A DNA stretch of 64,000 nucleotides from Acidobacteriota bacterium (GCA_024641665.1 JAHECP010000006.1:4541-68540); one strand, 5' to 3'; positions 46,792-56,364 are shown, numbered from the stretch's first letter. Numbers and translations are program-made. Notes: generated by a model not told the origin, from the sequence alone.

Positions 46792-47775
46792 CTACTTGCG
46801 GAACGCGATCCCGTTTGGATCCTTCTCCGTCGGCACCGTGTTGACCACCTTCAACGTGGCCGTGTCGATCACCGTGATGTTGTTGTCCGCATTGCTCGAC
46901 GCGTAGACGAACGCCCCGTCATCGCTGATGTCGAGCCCCCACGGGGCCTTGCCAACCGGAACGATGACGTTCTTGTCGTGCTTCTGCAGGTCTCCGATCG
47001 CGTACACGGTGGCCGTAATGCGTGAGAGCACGAAGGTCGGCGAGCCTTTCGGGTGGCAGACGATCCGCTGGGGTGACGCGGGGACACCCTGAATGCGCGT
47101 GACCTGCTCGGTGACCGCGTCGATGTAATAGAGGGTGTCGTCCTCGACCGCGCCCGCCAGCAGCAGCGTGCCGTCCGGCGTGAACGTCAGGCCTCCCCGG
47201 ACCTCGTTGCCGACCTTGATCCGCTTGATCACCTTTTCGGAGGCGGCGTCGATGACCGCGATCTCGGGCGTCTTGTTGCAGCCGGCGTAGATCTTCTTCC
47301 CATCCGGCGAGAAGGTCAGGCGTCGCGGCGTATCGAGCGCAAGCGGGATCTCGTTGATCACCTTGTTGGTCCTGGTATCGATCACGACGGCGGAGGCGCT
47401 GGCCGCGCCCACGACGTACAGCTTCCTGCCGTCGGGGCTGACGACTCCACCGTCCGGGTACTTGATCCGGGGGTCGGTGATGGTGGTGGTCACGGCCATC
47501 TTGTTCAGGTCGATGACCGAGATCGAGTTGTCGTCCGCGTTGGACACATAGGCCGTGTTGCCGTCGGGTGACAGGCACACCTCGCGTGGCGTCTTGCCGA
47601 CCGGGATGGATTTCAGCGGCGTCAAGTCCCTGCCGGCGACCTTGTAGATCGTCACGGTCTGCGGGGCGCGATTGACGACGACGAGCAGCTTGTCCCGCAC
47701 GGCGGGCCGGGCGTGAACGACCGACGCCAAGACAAGGGCGGCCGAGAGGACGGACATCACGCGCGAGGTTCTCAT
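46792..47775 (-). CDS. Secreted YVTN-type beta-propeller protein, paralog P3
   Basis: ATG 47775 and signal MRTSRVMSVLSAALVLASVVHA. ..LKSIPVGKTPREVCLSPDGNTAYVSN..SISVIDL.., ..DPRIKYPDGGVVSPDGRKLYVV.., C-terminal ..NITVIDTATLKVVNTVPTEKDPNGIAFRK. Confidence 0.82.
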   Translation of the reverse strand: MRTSRVMSVLSAALVLASVVHARPAVRDKLLVVVNRAPQTVTIYKVAGRDLTPLKSIPVGKTPREVCLSPDGNTAYVSNADDNSISVIDLNKMAVTTTITDPRIKYPDGGVVSPDGRKLYVVGAASASAVVIDTRTNKVINEIPLALDTPRRLTFSPDGKKIYAGCNKTPEIAVIDAASEKVIKRIKVGNEVRGGLTFTPDGTLLLAGAVEDDTLYYIDAVTEQVTRIQGVPASPQRIVCHPKGSPTFVLSRITATVYAIGDLQKHDKNVIVPVGKAPWGLDISDDGAFVYASSNADNNITVIDTATLKVVNTVPTEKDPNGIAFRK

Positions 47776-47895
47776 GGCAGGCTCCTGACAAGAGAGTCCG
47801 ACGCCGAGTCGGCGTCTGGCGTCCCGCACGCCGCCGGACCACGAGATACGGGCGGTTTGGGGGCGCGGCGACGGAGGACCCAAAGCCGAGTCACG

Positions 47896-47915
47896 CATAT
47901 AGTATATAATATCCC
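47896..47915. promoter_or_regulatory. AT-rich box copy 5 (CATATAGTATATAATATCCC) in the divergent P3 / M28 intergenic region
   Basis: Contains a perfect TATAAT (47905-47910), 72 nt before ATG 47988. The reverse strand reads GGGATATTATATACTATATG towards P3. Confidence 0.55.
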
Positions 47916-47987
47916 ATCGCCGAGGGTACTCGGCCCGCCGGGGCGTCGGGCGGCCCGCGCCCGCGCGTTCGGCTCTTGGAGGCCCCC

Positions 47988-49682
47988 ATGTCGCCCATCT
48001 CCGCGCCCGGTGCCGCCACGAGGTGCCAGCGTTTCGTCCCCGTCCCGACGACCCCTGCGGCCGTGGCCCTCGCCGTCGCCATCGGGCTGGCCGTGTCGTT
48101 CGGGTGCGCGCGGGCCCAGGCGCCCTCCGCGCGGGTCCCCGTTCCCGAACCCGCCCTCGCCACCATCACGATACCCAAGCTGGCCGGGCCCATCCGCTTC
48201 CTCACGAACGACCTCCTCGAGGGCCGCGTCGTCGGCCACCGGGGCAACGAGATCGCCGAGATCTTCGTCGCCTCGGCGCTCGAACGGACCGGGCTCGCGG
48301 GCGTGAACGTCAGCAGCGACGGGCCGTACTACCAGCCGTTCGAGCTCATCGGAGCCGTCGCCGAGGCGGGCAACAAGCTCGTCGTGTCCGGTCCCGCCGT
48401 CAGCGGGGCGGCGCGAGCGACCTACGAGATCGGGCCGGACTTCTCGCCCATCAATATCTCGACGCTCGGCGAGGTTTCCGGCGACCTGGTCGTCGCCGGC
48501 TACGGTATCAGCGATCCCGCGCACGGCGAGGACGACTACCAGGGCGTCGAGGCCACCGGGAAGATCGTGCTCGTCCTCGACGGCAGCGGGACGCTGAACC
48601 TGCTCGACGTCACGCCGACCGTCAAGGCCCGTGTCGCCAAGGCGCACGGCGCCACGGGGCTGATCATCGCCACGCCGGTCATCGACGGCAAGCGCGTGTG
48701 GCCCGACGCCATCTCGCCGAAAGTCAACCGCTTCATTCCGCCGGCGCGCACCGACGGCGTCGAAATCCCGGTCGTCAACATCTCGCTGAAGCTCGCGGAT
48801 CGACTGCTCGCGCCCCGCGGCCAGACCGTGGATTCGCTGACGAAGCGCCTCGCCGAGACACGCGCGGGTGCATCGTTCCCTCTCCCCGGCCAGCGCGCGA
48901 CGATCGCCGTCCATCTCGCACGGCGGCGGGTGGTCGTCCGCAACCTGCTCGCCGTCATGGAGGGGACCGACCCCGTCCTCAAGAACGAGCTCGTGGTCGT
49001 CGGTGCGCACTTCGACGCGAACGGGATTGATGACAAAGGCCTGATCTACCGGGGCGCCGACGACAACGCGTCGGGCGCCTCCGCCGTCCTGGCCATTGCC
49101 GGTGCCTTCGCTCAAGCGGCGGCGGACGGGATACGGCCGACGCGCACGGTCGTCTTCGCGCTCTGGAACTCCGAGGAGAAGGCCCGCTCCGGCTCGACCT
49201 ACTACGTGGGGCACCCGGTGCCAGACTGGGGCACGGTGGTGGTCAACGTCAACCTCGATCAGATCGGTCGCAACGAGGAGAACGACGGCTCCGATCCGCG
49301 GCTCCAGGTCTTTCCGCTGTCGTCTGCCGAGGAGAATGCGAACGTCGTGCACCTGCTCGGCTACTCGCTGTGCCCGGACGTCGCGCGCATCGTCATGGAA
49401 GAGAACGCGACGATCGGGCTGACGGTCAAGGAGGATTACGACGATCATGCGTCGAACCTGCTGCGTCGCAGCGACCACTGGGCGTTCCTCCTGAAAGGCA
49501 TCCCCGCGGTCTTCCTCCACACCGGCCTGCCCCCGGACTATCACTTGCCGACCGACACGATCGACAAGATCAACTTTCCGAAGCTCCAGAGAATCACGAT
49601 CCTCGCGTTCCGCACCGTCTGGCGTCTGGCCACAGAGACCGAGCGACCTCAGCCGCCGCGGATGGACGGCCGGACCGATTGA
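47988..49682 (+). CDS. M28-family aminopeptidase with PA domain
   Basis: GGAGG RBS + ATG 47988; the track TTG 47976 is an alternative. ..VVVGAHFDANG..YRGADDNASGASAVLAIA.., ..LWNSEE.., ..SDHWAF.. are M28 metal-ligand motifs. Confidence 0.85.
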   Translation: MSPISAPGAATRCQRFVPVPTTPAAVALAVAIGLAVSFGCARAQAPSARVPVPEPALATITIPKLAGPIRFLTNDLLEGRVVGHRGNEIAEIFVASALERTGLAGVNVSSDGPYYQPFELIGAVAEAGNKLVVSGPAVSGAARATYEIGPDFSPINISTLGEVSGDLVVAGYGISDPAHGEDDYQGVEATGKIVLVLDGSGTLNLLDVTPTVKARVAKAHGATGLIIATPVIDGKRVWPDAISPKVNRFIPPARTDGVEIPVVNISLKLADRLLAPRGQTVDSLTKRLAETRAGASFPLPGQRATIAVHLARRRVVVRNLLAVMEGTDPVLKNELVVVGAHFDANGIDDKGLIYRGADDNASGASAVLAIAGAFAQAAADGIRPTRTVVFALWNSEEKARSGSTYYVGHPVPDWGTVVVNVNLDQIGRNEENDGSDPRLQVFPLSSAEENANVVHLLGYSLCPDVARIVMEENATIGLTVKEDYDDHASNLLRRSDHWAFLLKGIPAVFLHTGLPPDYHLPTDTIDKINFPKLQRITILAFRTVWRLATETERPQPPRMDGRTD

Positions 49683-49738
49683 CGGTCGCTGGCGGGGTCC
49701 GTGCCACTACGGGCGCAGATGCCCGGCGAGGTGCTTTC

Positions 49739-51901
49739 ATGAGGTCCGGAAGTCTCGTGTTTGGGCTGGCTGGCCTTGTCGTAGTCCCGTTGCTGGGAGC
49801 CGGACCCCGGCACGCCGCGCGCGTCAACGCGCCGCAGGACGCCGCGGCGCCCGAGGGCGTCGCGCTCGAGGCGCTGCTCGGTGTGCCGAGCGCGTCGCAA
49901 CTCGTGGCGGCTCCGGCCGGCCGCGCGGTGGCATGGGTTCAGAACGACCGCGGGCAACGCAACGTGTGGGTGGCCGATGACATCGCGCCCGGCGCGCGGC
50001 GCCTGACCGCCTTCGGCCGCGACGATGGCCAGCAGCTGTCCGAGCTGTCGTGGTCGCCCGACGGGCGCGCGGTGGTCTTCACGCGCGGAAACGGGGCCGG
50101 CGCCGCCGGCGAGCCGCTGAACCCGTCGAGCGACCTCGCGAGTACGCCGCGCAGCGTGTGGATGGCCGCCGTGGACGGCAGCGGCGCGCCCCAGCTGGGC
50201 GAGGGGCACTCGCCGGCGGTCTCGCCGCACGGCGACCAGGTGGCGTTTCTCAAAGGCAGGCAGATCTGGGTGGTGCCTGCGACGGACAGGGCGCCGGCGC
50301 GGCAACTCCTCGCGCCACACGGAGCGGTCTCGTCGCTCGCCTGGTCGCCAGACGGAGAGGCTCTCGCCTTCACCCTCGCCCGCGGCGGCCACACGCTCGT
50401 GGCGGTCTTCGGCGCCGGCCGCCGTATGCTCGAGTACGTGTCGCCGAGCGCGGATCGCGATCTCTACCCGCGCTGGTCGCCGGATGGTCGCCGTCTGGCC
50501 TTCATCCGCTTGTTCAATATCGAGGCGACCATGCGGTCGACCGAGCGGTTCGGCGCGATCGACAGTCCGTGGGCCGTGATGGTGGCGACCCGCGGAGAAG
50601 ACGATGCCGGCTTCGGCCCCGCGTTCGAGGTCTGGCGCGCGCCGGACCGGCCGCTCGGGTCCTTCCCCCGCACCCTCCAGTTCCTCGACTGGGTGGACGG
50701 CGATCGGCTCGTGTTCGCATCCGAGCACGAGGGCTGGGCCCACCTCTACCTGGCCGACCCGTCCGCGCCCGCGACGCCGCCGTCGCTGTTGACGCCGGGA
50801 TCCTGCGAGGTGGACGACGTGGCCGTGGCGGCGGGCCGTCGCACGCTCGTGGTCGCGTCGAATTGTGGAGATCTCGAGCGGCGGCACCTGTGGAGCATCG
50901 ACGTGTCGGCGGACGGCGCCACCGAGCGCGCCGAGCCGAGGCAGCTGACCAGTGGAACGAGCGTCGATACGGCACCGGTCGTCACCGCCGACGGGAAGAC
51001 GGTCGTCTTCCTGAGAGGAGAGGGGCGCACGCCGACGGCGCTCCAGGCGCTCTCGCTGGCTGACCTGGTCGTCAAGCCGTTCGTGCCCGATCTCGTTTCC
51101 CCCGCGTTTCCCAGTGGGGCACTGGTCGAGCCGCGAGTGGTGACGTTCAAGTCGGATGACGGCCTCGACCTGCACGCGGTGGTGTACGCGTCGCCCGCCG
51201 CTGCCGGTCGAGCCGACAGGCGCCCGGCGCTCGTGCACGTGCATGGCGGCCCGACGTCCGGCCAGGAGCTGGCCGGCTGGCAGCCGGTCTTTCAGTACCT
51301 GGTGTCCCGCGGTTTCCTCGTGCTCGGGCTCAACTACCGCGGCGGCGCGGGGTACGGCCGCGCCTTCCGCGAGATACCGGAGCAGGGAGCCAACGGCGCC
51401 GCGGAGTATCAGGACGTCGAGGCCGCCGCACGGTACCTCCGGGCACGGCCGGACGTCGACCCGGCGCGCATCGGCATCTGGGGCATGTCGTACGGCGGCT
51501 ACCTCACGCAGCTCGCGCTGGCGCGCAATTCGGATCTGTTCGCTGCGGGTGTCACCGAATGCGGCATTTTCGATCTCGCCGCGGGTCAGAGCCCGAACAA
51601 CCCGGCCAGGCGCAGCGGCGACGCGGCACGTCTCGCCCTGGCATCGTCCGCCGGCGGCTCAATCGATCGGTGGCGATCGCCCGTCCTCATCATCCACGGG
51701 GACGACGACCCCGGGGTGGATTTCAACCTGCAGACGGTCGCGCTCGTGCGCGCGCTGCGGGCACGCGGCGTGAGGTTCGAGCTGCTCGTGCTGCCGGACG
51801 AGGGGCACGGATCGTCGGTCTGGGCGCACGTCGTGCGCGGGCACCAGGCCACGGCCGACTTCTTCGCACGGACGCTGGGCCTCCGCGCGAAGAGGCCTTG
51901 A
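49739..51901 (+). CDS. S9-family serine peptidase with TolB-like propeller (second copy)
   Basis: ATG 49739 and signal MRSGSLVFGLAGLVVVPLLGAG. ..WSPDG..LAF.. repeats, GMSYGGY nucleophile, ..IHGDDDPGV... Confidence 0.85.
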   Translation: MRSGSLVFGLAGLVVVPLLGAGPRHAARVNAPQDAAAPEGVALEALLGVPSASQLVAAPAGRAVAWVQNDRGQRNVWVADDIAPGARRLTAFGRDDGQQLSELSWSPDGRAVVFTRGNGAGAAGEPLNPSSDLASTPRSVWMAAVDGSGAPQLGEGHSPAVSPHGDQVAFLKGRQIWVVPATDRAPARQLLAPHGAVSSLAWSPDGEALAFTLARGGHTLVAVFGAGRRMLEYVSPSADRDLYPRWSPDGRRLAFIRLFNIEATMRSTERFGAIDSPWAVMVATRGEDDAGFGPAFEVWRAPDRPLGSFPRTLQFLDWVDGDRLVFASEHEGWAHLYLADPSAPATPPSLLTPGSCEVDDVAVAAGRRTLVVASNCGDLERRHLWSIDVSADGATERAEPRQLTSGTSVDTAPVVTADGKTVVFLRGEGRTPTALQALSLADLVVKPFVPDLVSPAFPSGALVEPRVVTFKSDDGLDLHAVVYASPAAAGRADRRPALVHVHGGPTSGQELAGWQPVFQYLVSRGFLVLGLNYRGGAGYGRAFREIPEQGANGAAEYQDVEAAARYLRARPDVDPARIGIWGMSYGGYLTQLALARNSDLFAAGVTECGIFDLAAGQSPNNPARRSGDAARLALASSAGGSIDRWRSPVLIIHGDDDPGVDFNLQTVALVRALRARGVRFELLVLPDEGHGSSVWAHVVRGHQATADFFARTLGLRAKRP

Positions 51902-51924
51902 CCGCCGGCCGAAGGGAGCACCAG

Positions 51925-52899
51925 GTGCGTAATCCAACCATCTCGCCGAACATTCTCGATGTCGTCGGCCAGACGCCGTTGATCGCGTTGTCGCGCCTGA
52001 CGGCGGGATGCCGATCCCGCGTGTTCGCCAAACTGGAATCCGCCAACCCCGGCCTCAGCGTCAAGGACCGACCCGCGCTGCAGCTGCTGCGTGACGCCGA
52101 GCGGCAGGGCCGCCTGAAACCGGGCATGACCGTCATCGAGCGCACGAGCGGGAACATGGGAACCGGCCTCGCGCTCGCGTGCCTGCACCTGGGCTACAAG
52201 CTGGTGGTCCTGATGTCGGCCGGGAACAGCGTCGAGCGGCGCCAGATCATTCAGGCGCTGGGCGGCAAGGTCATTCTCGTGCCCCAGGTGAACGGGACGC
52301 CTGGTCAGGTGACCGGGGACGACCTCAAGGCCGTGGAACGGGAAACGATCCGGCTGATGAACGAGATGGGGGCGTATCGGGCGGATCAGTTCCACAACCC
52401 GAGCTGCGTGCGCGCGCACGAGCGCGGAACCGGCCGGGAGATCTGGCGGCAGTGCCGCGGACGCGTGGACGCGTTCGTCTCGGTGGCGGGCTCGGCCGGC
52501 ACGTTCGTCGGCGTGTCCCGCTACCTGAAGCGCCACAACCCGAAGGTGAAGTGCTACGCGGTCGAGCCGACCAACGCGGCGCTCCTCTCCGGCCGGCGCA
52601 AGAAGCCGGGCCGCCACCGACTGCAGGGCGTCGGCTACATGGAGATCCCGCCGCTCTGGGAGCCCGAGCTCGCCGACGGGTTCATCAGCGTGGGCGATCG
52701 CGAGGCCACCACCATGGCACGGCTGCTCGCCCGCAAGGAAGGGATCCTGGCGGGCTACACGACCGGCGCGAACGTGGCGGCGGCGCTGCGGCTCGCGCGA
52801 TCCTCGAAACGGCCCATCAACGTGGTGACCATCATCACAGACTCGGGGCTGAAGTACCTCAGCACCGATCTGTACCCCGACTCGGCGACGTCGCTGTGA
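51925..52899 (+). CDS. Cysteine synthase / cystathionine beta-synthase-family (fold type II) PLP enzyme
   Basis: GTG 51925 with a GAAGGGAG RBS. ..GQTPLIALSRL..KLESANPGLSVKDRPAL.. (PLP lysine), ..TSGNMGTGLA.., ..GSAGTFVGVSRYLK... Confidence 0.82.
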   Translation: MRNPTISPNILDVVGQTPLIALSRLTAGCRSRVFAKLESANPGLSVKDRPALQLLRDAERQGRLKPGMTVIERTSGNMGTGLALACLHLGYKLVVLMSAGNSVERRQIIQALGGKVILVPQVNGTPGQVTGDDLKAVERETIRLMNEMGAYRADQFHNPSCVRAHERGTGREIWRQCRGRVDAFVSVAGSAGTFVGVSRYLKRHNPKVKCYAVEPTNAALLSGRRKKPGRHRLQGVGYMEIPPLWEPELADGFISVGDREATTMARLLARKEGILAGYTTGANVAAALRLARSSKRPINVVTIITDSGLKYLSTDLYPDSATSL

Positions 52900-52947
52900 T
52901 TGAGCCGCGCGACATTCCCGGCGTTCCTCATGGAGGACCACATCGAG

Positions 52948-54003
52948 ATGTCAGGCAGAATACCGGCGTGGAGCCTCACGCTGATCGCGAGCCTGCCGTT
53001 CGCCCTGTACGCGCAGAATCAGGCGCCCGCGCGCGCCGGTTCTCTCCCGACGCCGACGGCGGCCGTCGAGAGCGTGGGTGCGAGTGTCACCGCGGTTCGG
53101 CTCGGCGGCAAGCCGATCATCACGCCGCAATCGAGCCCGACACTGGGTGACAACATCAACGGGCCTTCGCTGATTCGCGCTCCGGGGTGGGTGGAACATC
53201 CCCTGGGCCGGTACTATCTCTACTTCGCCCACCATGAAGGGCAGTTCATCAGGCTCGCCTATGCCGATCGCCTGACCGGTCCATGGAAGATCTACGAGCC
53301 TGGCACGCTCAAGCTGTCCGAGGCGCCTCTTTGCTGGAATCACATTGCGTCGCCCGACGTGCATGTGGACGAGGCCCGCAAAGAGATCCGGATGTACTAT
53401 CACTGCCCCAGCCGCACCCGGGCGCCCGCGCCGTCGGTGAATTCGGGGCACCCGCCGAACGAGGTGCAGGGCACGTTTCTGGCCACGTCCACCGACGGGT
53501 TGCACTTTGCGCCTGGCTCGGTGGACCTCGGTCCTTTCTACTTCCGGGTCTTTCGCTGGGGCGGCTACGACTATGCCCTCGCGCGAGGCGGGACCCTGCT
53601 CCGGTCGCGCGAGGGGAGGTCGGCGTTCGAGCAGGGTCCGGACCTGTTTGGCGGCGACCCGCATCACCTCATGCGGCACGCCGCGGTGGATCTGCGCGGC
53701 GACACGCTGCGCGTCTACTACTCGCGCATCGGAGACCGGCCCGAACGCATCCTGGTTTCCCAGCTTCAGCTGACGCCGGATTGGGAGGGATGGCGCGCGT
53801 CGCCGCCGACGGACGTGCTCAGCCCGGAGACGGACTACGAAGGCGGGACGCTGCCGCTCGAGACCTCGGAGACTTCACTGGCGCGGCATCCGGTCCGGCA
53901 GCTGCGCGATCCGGCCATCTTCCACGAACAGGGACGGACGTACCTGATCTACTCCGTCGCAGGCGAGAGCGGGCTGGCCATCGCCGAGCTGCGCGAGCAG
54001 TAA
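52948..54003 (+). CDS. Secreted protein, probable five-bladed beta-propeller of the GH43/GH32-like clan (function unknown)
   Basis: Signal MSGRIPAWSLTLIASLPFALYAQ. ..NGPSLIRAPGWVEHPLGRYYLYFAHHEGQFIRLAYADRLTGPW.. and ..LRDPAIFHEQGRTYLIYSVAGE.. resemble GH43-like propeller blades (recollection, unverified). Confidence 0.5.
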   Translation: MSGRIPAWSLTLIASLPFALYAQNQAPARAGSLPTPTAAVESVGASVTAVRLGGKPIITPQSSPTLGDNINGPSLIRAPGWVEHPLGRYYLYFAHHEGQFIRLAYADRLTGPWKIYEPGTLKLSEAPLCWNHIASPDVHVDEARKEIRMYYHCPSRTRAPAPSVNSGHPPNEVQGTFLATSTDGLHFAPGSVDLGPFYFRVFRWGGYDYALARGGTLLRSREGRSAFEQGPDLFGGDPHHLMRHAAVDLRGDTLRVYYSRIGDRPERILVSQLQLTPDWEGWRASPPTDVLSPETDYEGGTLPLETSETSLARHPVRQLRDPAIFHEQGRTYLIYSVAGESGLAIAELREQ

Positions 54004-54051
54004 GGCGTCCGAGTCCGATCGATCGCGCAGCGCGCTTCTCGATCCCCTCGA

Positions 54052-56193
54052 TCAACCGCCGATGTGGAAGCGTCGGAGGAAGAACTCGAACATCTCCCGA
54101 TCGCCACGTTGCTGAGCCACCCGCTTGGCGTCGGGGGCGCCGTCGTCCTGCACGTAGTCGCCCATCGCGTGGAAGATGCACTCGAGGCCCAGGCTCTCCA
54201 TTTGCGATTTGAGCGCCAGGCCGAGTTTCGGGTGATGGACGTAGCCGACGCCCCCTGCGGGAACCGGCCCCAGGACGTACCGGTAGTACGTGAACACCGG
54301 GGGATCGTCCTTGGTCAAGTACGTCAGTGGCGATGCGGCGTCGAAGAGCGCCTGCGCGCCGGGCGCGTCCATGTCGGAGACGCCATGAAGGCCGGCGAGC
54401 ATCGCGAAGGTCTCAGGCGATGGCCCGAGCAGCCTGCGGAAGACGTGCGGGTCGTACGACGCCTGGCCGTTGATCGAGCCGATCGCCCGCAACCTCGAGG
54501 ACTGCCGCGCGATCGGGTCGGTGCTCCACGGGTTGGCCAGATCGTCGTGAAACCCGACCCAGAGCGCGATGCCCGCTCCGGCCGACACGCCGTACGCCGC
54601 GACCCGCTCGGAATCCAGGTTCCAGTCGCCGGCTTTCGAGCGGAGGAACTGGATGGCGCGCGCGCCGTCGTACATGGGCGCGGGCAGGTGTACGCCCTCC
54701 TTCGCGTACTGGTACCTGACCGAGGCAAACGAGACGCCCTCGCTCAGCGCCCACGTCAGCATGTCCGTATTGGGCAGCGTCTTGTCCCCGGCCACGAATC
54801 CGCCGCCGTGAAAGAAGACGATGAGCGGCGTCGGACGGGCGGAGGAAGCCAGCCAGAGGTCGAGCGTGTTCCGCGGAGCCGGTCCGTAGCGGGCGTCGAC
54901 GACATCCGGGGGGCGCGCCGGGGCGGATGTCGCGGTACGGGCCGGCTGGGTCGTCGCGTCGGAGAGGCCCGCCGCCTGAGCGGACGGCCCAGCCCGTCCT
55001 GTTGCCTGCGTGAGCATGACCGGCTGGGTCCAGGCCATCAGCCCGTTCGACTCGATGATCTTCGCGCGGACGTAGTGCTCGTCGCCTCGGAACCGGTACA
55101 CGACCGGGGGCGCGGTCGGGTTGAGCGGGCCTGTTCTCGCCGTGACCTCGGGATCGACGGAGATGTTCGCCAGCACCTTCCCGCCCTGCCCGATGAAGAG
55201 TACCTGGTACTTGCTGCGCGAACGTGGGCGGATCTCGATGGTCATCGCCGACGAGGTCACCTGGTAGTCGGCTAGCTCGACACCCGTCGAGGCGTAGAAG
55301 TCGCCCCGCTCCATCGCCTCGAGGATGGCCGCGGCGGTCAGCTCCCGGGCGCGCACTACAATCCACCCGCGCCCCGGCGCGGTCATGGCCGTCGGCGACG
55401 TGGCCCGCTGGAACCAGTGCACGTCGTCGGCCGCCACGGCGTAGAGGAGCGTTCCGGCGGAGAGCACGGCGTCCCACATTTCCTCGACGCCCGGCCGTCC
55501 GCCGCCGCCGACGTTGTGCGATTGCAGGTGCCCGTTGAAGATCTCGAGGAGCTTGACGTTCCGTGCCTGTGCCAGATCCTCGGCGGCGAAGGACCAAAGG
55601 AAGTTGGGATGGTTAATCACCGGGATGCCCCCGGCGGCCCGCACCGCGTCAATATCGCGCTGCAGCGTCCCGACCAGGGTGTCGCCGCCCTGGGGCAGGA
55701 CGACGGTCTGGATGCCGAGGGCGCCGAGGTGGACCTGCTTGGCCGCCAGATCGCGCTCGCCCGGGCGCGCGGCGGCAGGCGAGTAGGCGTCCGACAGCTC
55801 CTCGCCCGGAATCAGGAGGAACGGGTTCGACATGCCGACATCGGCGTTGGCGCCGGCCACCGGTGCCGTTGAGTAGAGCCCGTTCAGCACGTCCACGCGC
55901 GTGAGCAGGTTGTGGTCGGTCAGCACGAGGAAGTGGTACCTCTCGCGCCGGTACCACTGCACGACCTCGTCCGGGGTGGCTTCTCCATCGATGCTGTTGA
56001 TCGTGTGGGTATGGATGTTGCCCTTGTACCACTTGGTCGCGGGTGGTGGCGACGCCGGCGCCGTCACCGGCCCTGCGGCGGGGGGCATGAACCAGGCGAG
56101 GACGAAGACGAGGGTAACGCAGAACGCCCACATCACATGTCTCCCATGCCCGCCGCGGCCGAACAGCACCAGCAGTACGGGTCGTGTGCGCAT
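54052..56193 (-). CDS. Fusion protein: N-terminal PHP/CehA-McbA-type metallohydrolase domain + C-terminal HGGG-type alpha/beta esterase domain
   Basis: ..KWYKGNIHTHTINSIDGEATPDEVVQWYRRERYHFLVLTDHN.. is a PHP HxH motif. After an Ala/Thr/Pro linker comes ..LIVFFHGGGFVAGDK.. and GVSAGAG (GxSxG). Candidate starts are ATG 56193 or ATG 56133. Confidence 0.75.
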   Translation of the reverse strand: MRTRPVLLVLFGRGGHGRHVMWAFCVTLVFVLAWFMPPAAGPVTAPASPPPATKWYKGNIHTHTINSIDGEATPDEVVQWYRRERYHFLVLTDHNLLTRVDVLNGLYSTAPVAGANADVGMSNPFLLIPGEELSDAYSPAAARPGERDLAAKQVHLGALGIQTVVLPQGGDTLVGTLQRDIDAVRAAGGIPVINHPNFLWSFAAEDLAQARNVKLLEIFNGHLQSHNVGGGGRPGVEEMWDAVLSAGTLLYAVAADDVHWFQRATSPTAMTAPGRGWIVVRARELTAAAILEAMERGDFYASTGVELADYQVTSSAMTIEIRPRSRSKYQVLFIGQGGKVLANISVDPEVTARTGPLNPTAPPVVYRFRGDEHYVRAKIIESNGLMAWTQPVMLTQATGRAGPSAQAAGLSDATTQPARTATSAPARPPDVVDARYGPAPRNTLDLWLASSARPTPLIVFFHGGGFVAGDKTLPNTDMLTWALSEGVSFASVRYQYAKEGVHLPAPMYDGARAIQFLRSKAGDWNLDSERVAAYGVSAGAGIALWVGFHDDLANPWSTDPIARQSSRLRAIGSINGQASYDPHVFRRLLGPSPETFAMLAGLHGVSDMDAPGAQALFDAASPLTYLTKDDPPVFTYYRYVLGPVPAGGVGYVHHPKLGLALKSQMESLGLECIFHAMGDYVQDDGAPDAKRVAQQRGDREMFEFFLRRFHIGG

Positions 56194-56364
56194 CAATGTC
56201 CCCAGCTGCGATGACGTGGGGCCGTCCGGGCGTCAGGAAGCACCCGTGCAGCAGTTTCCAGCCGCATGGCCCGACGCCCTCGCGGTTCGCGACCGCTCTC
56301 GAGACACGAACGCCAGGGACCGACTGGGCCGACCCCTGGCGTCGGTCGCCGCCGCGCGGGCGGG

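Noticed and set aside
33482-51924. N-terminally extended versions of real genes in the ORF track (starts at 33482, 34336, 38783, 40627, 45613, 49370, 51559; also 60974, 4958, 17140).
   Set aside because: The extensions overlap the preceding gene in another frame and are low-complexity. Internal starts with an RBS and/or a signal peptide (33728, 35098, 40205, about 41653, 45985, 49739, 51925, 61394, 5045, 17326) fit much better.
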